Shown here piece after piece: positions 55,136 through 55,137 of a stretch of DNA of 55,137 nucleotides. Within the stretch, counting starts at the first letter, position 1, and every line of letters starts with the position of its first letter. The notes beneath the pieces are model-generated. The model worked only from the letters and a program-made list of their open reading frames with translations, had not been told where the DNA came from and made no database searches. The DNA is taken from IMG/VR virus record IMGVR_UViG_3300032327_000495, positions 1 through 55,137 of that record. The stretch is one strand, 5' to 3'. The translations under genes were made by a program, and so were the position numbers. The DNA comes from a virus. Its lineage: Duplodnaviria; Caudoviricetes.

Positions 55136-55137
55136 TA

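Noticed and set aside
1-55137. tRNA, rRNA, CRISPR array, intron or intein
   Set aside because: Intergenic gaps are short and accounted for; no cloverleaf or repeat-spacer periodicity was seen; polB, clpA and clamp loader are normal length. By-eye only; tRNAscan and Infernal were not run
1-55137. Stop-codon reassignment
   Set aside because: Genes are full length in code 11, and TAA, TGA and TAG all terminate recognisable proteins

Overview
This 55 kb window is a segment of a large, AT-rich, T4-like myovirus genome in the standard genetic code, with nearly all genes on the minus strand. Reading in transcription order (right to left), it holds five blocks. (1) Tail sheath, tube and head-completion genes, fibre/Ig-like virion proteins and a GH19 lysin. 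(2) GroES, clamp loader, PhoH, DnaJ and ClpA. (3) A PlcP-type phospholipase C plus a GT2 glycosyltransferase, behind a terminator and a Pho-box-like repeat. (4) A block of putative capsid-targeted, protease-processed modular proteins, then Dps, a thermonuclease and a minimal TilS. (5) A family B DNA polymerase and sliding clamp, followed by a ~10 kb 7-deazaguanine cluster: a TGT/DpdA-like enzyme, a DpdL-like T-fold protein, FolE, QueD and QueE, with no QueC in the window. The cluster is interleaved with a glycosyltransferase, two nucleotidyltransferases, a sulfotransferase-like gene and homing endonucleases. The best candidates for new biology are a possibly sugar-decorated, clamp-coupled deazaguanine DNA modification, phage-encoded phosphate-starvation lipid remodelling, and virion polyproteins built from [LIVM]-x-E-delimited cassettes. 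No tRNA, rRNA or CRISPR array was seen. All calls come from motif recognition by eye; no searches were run.
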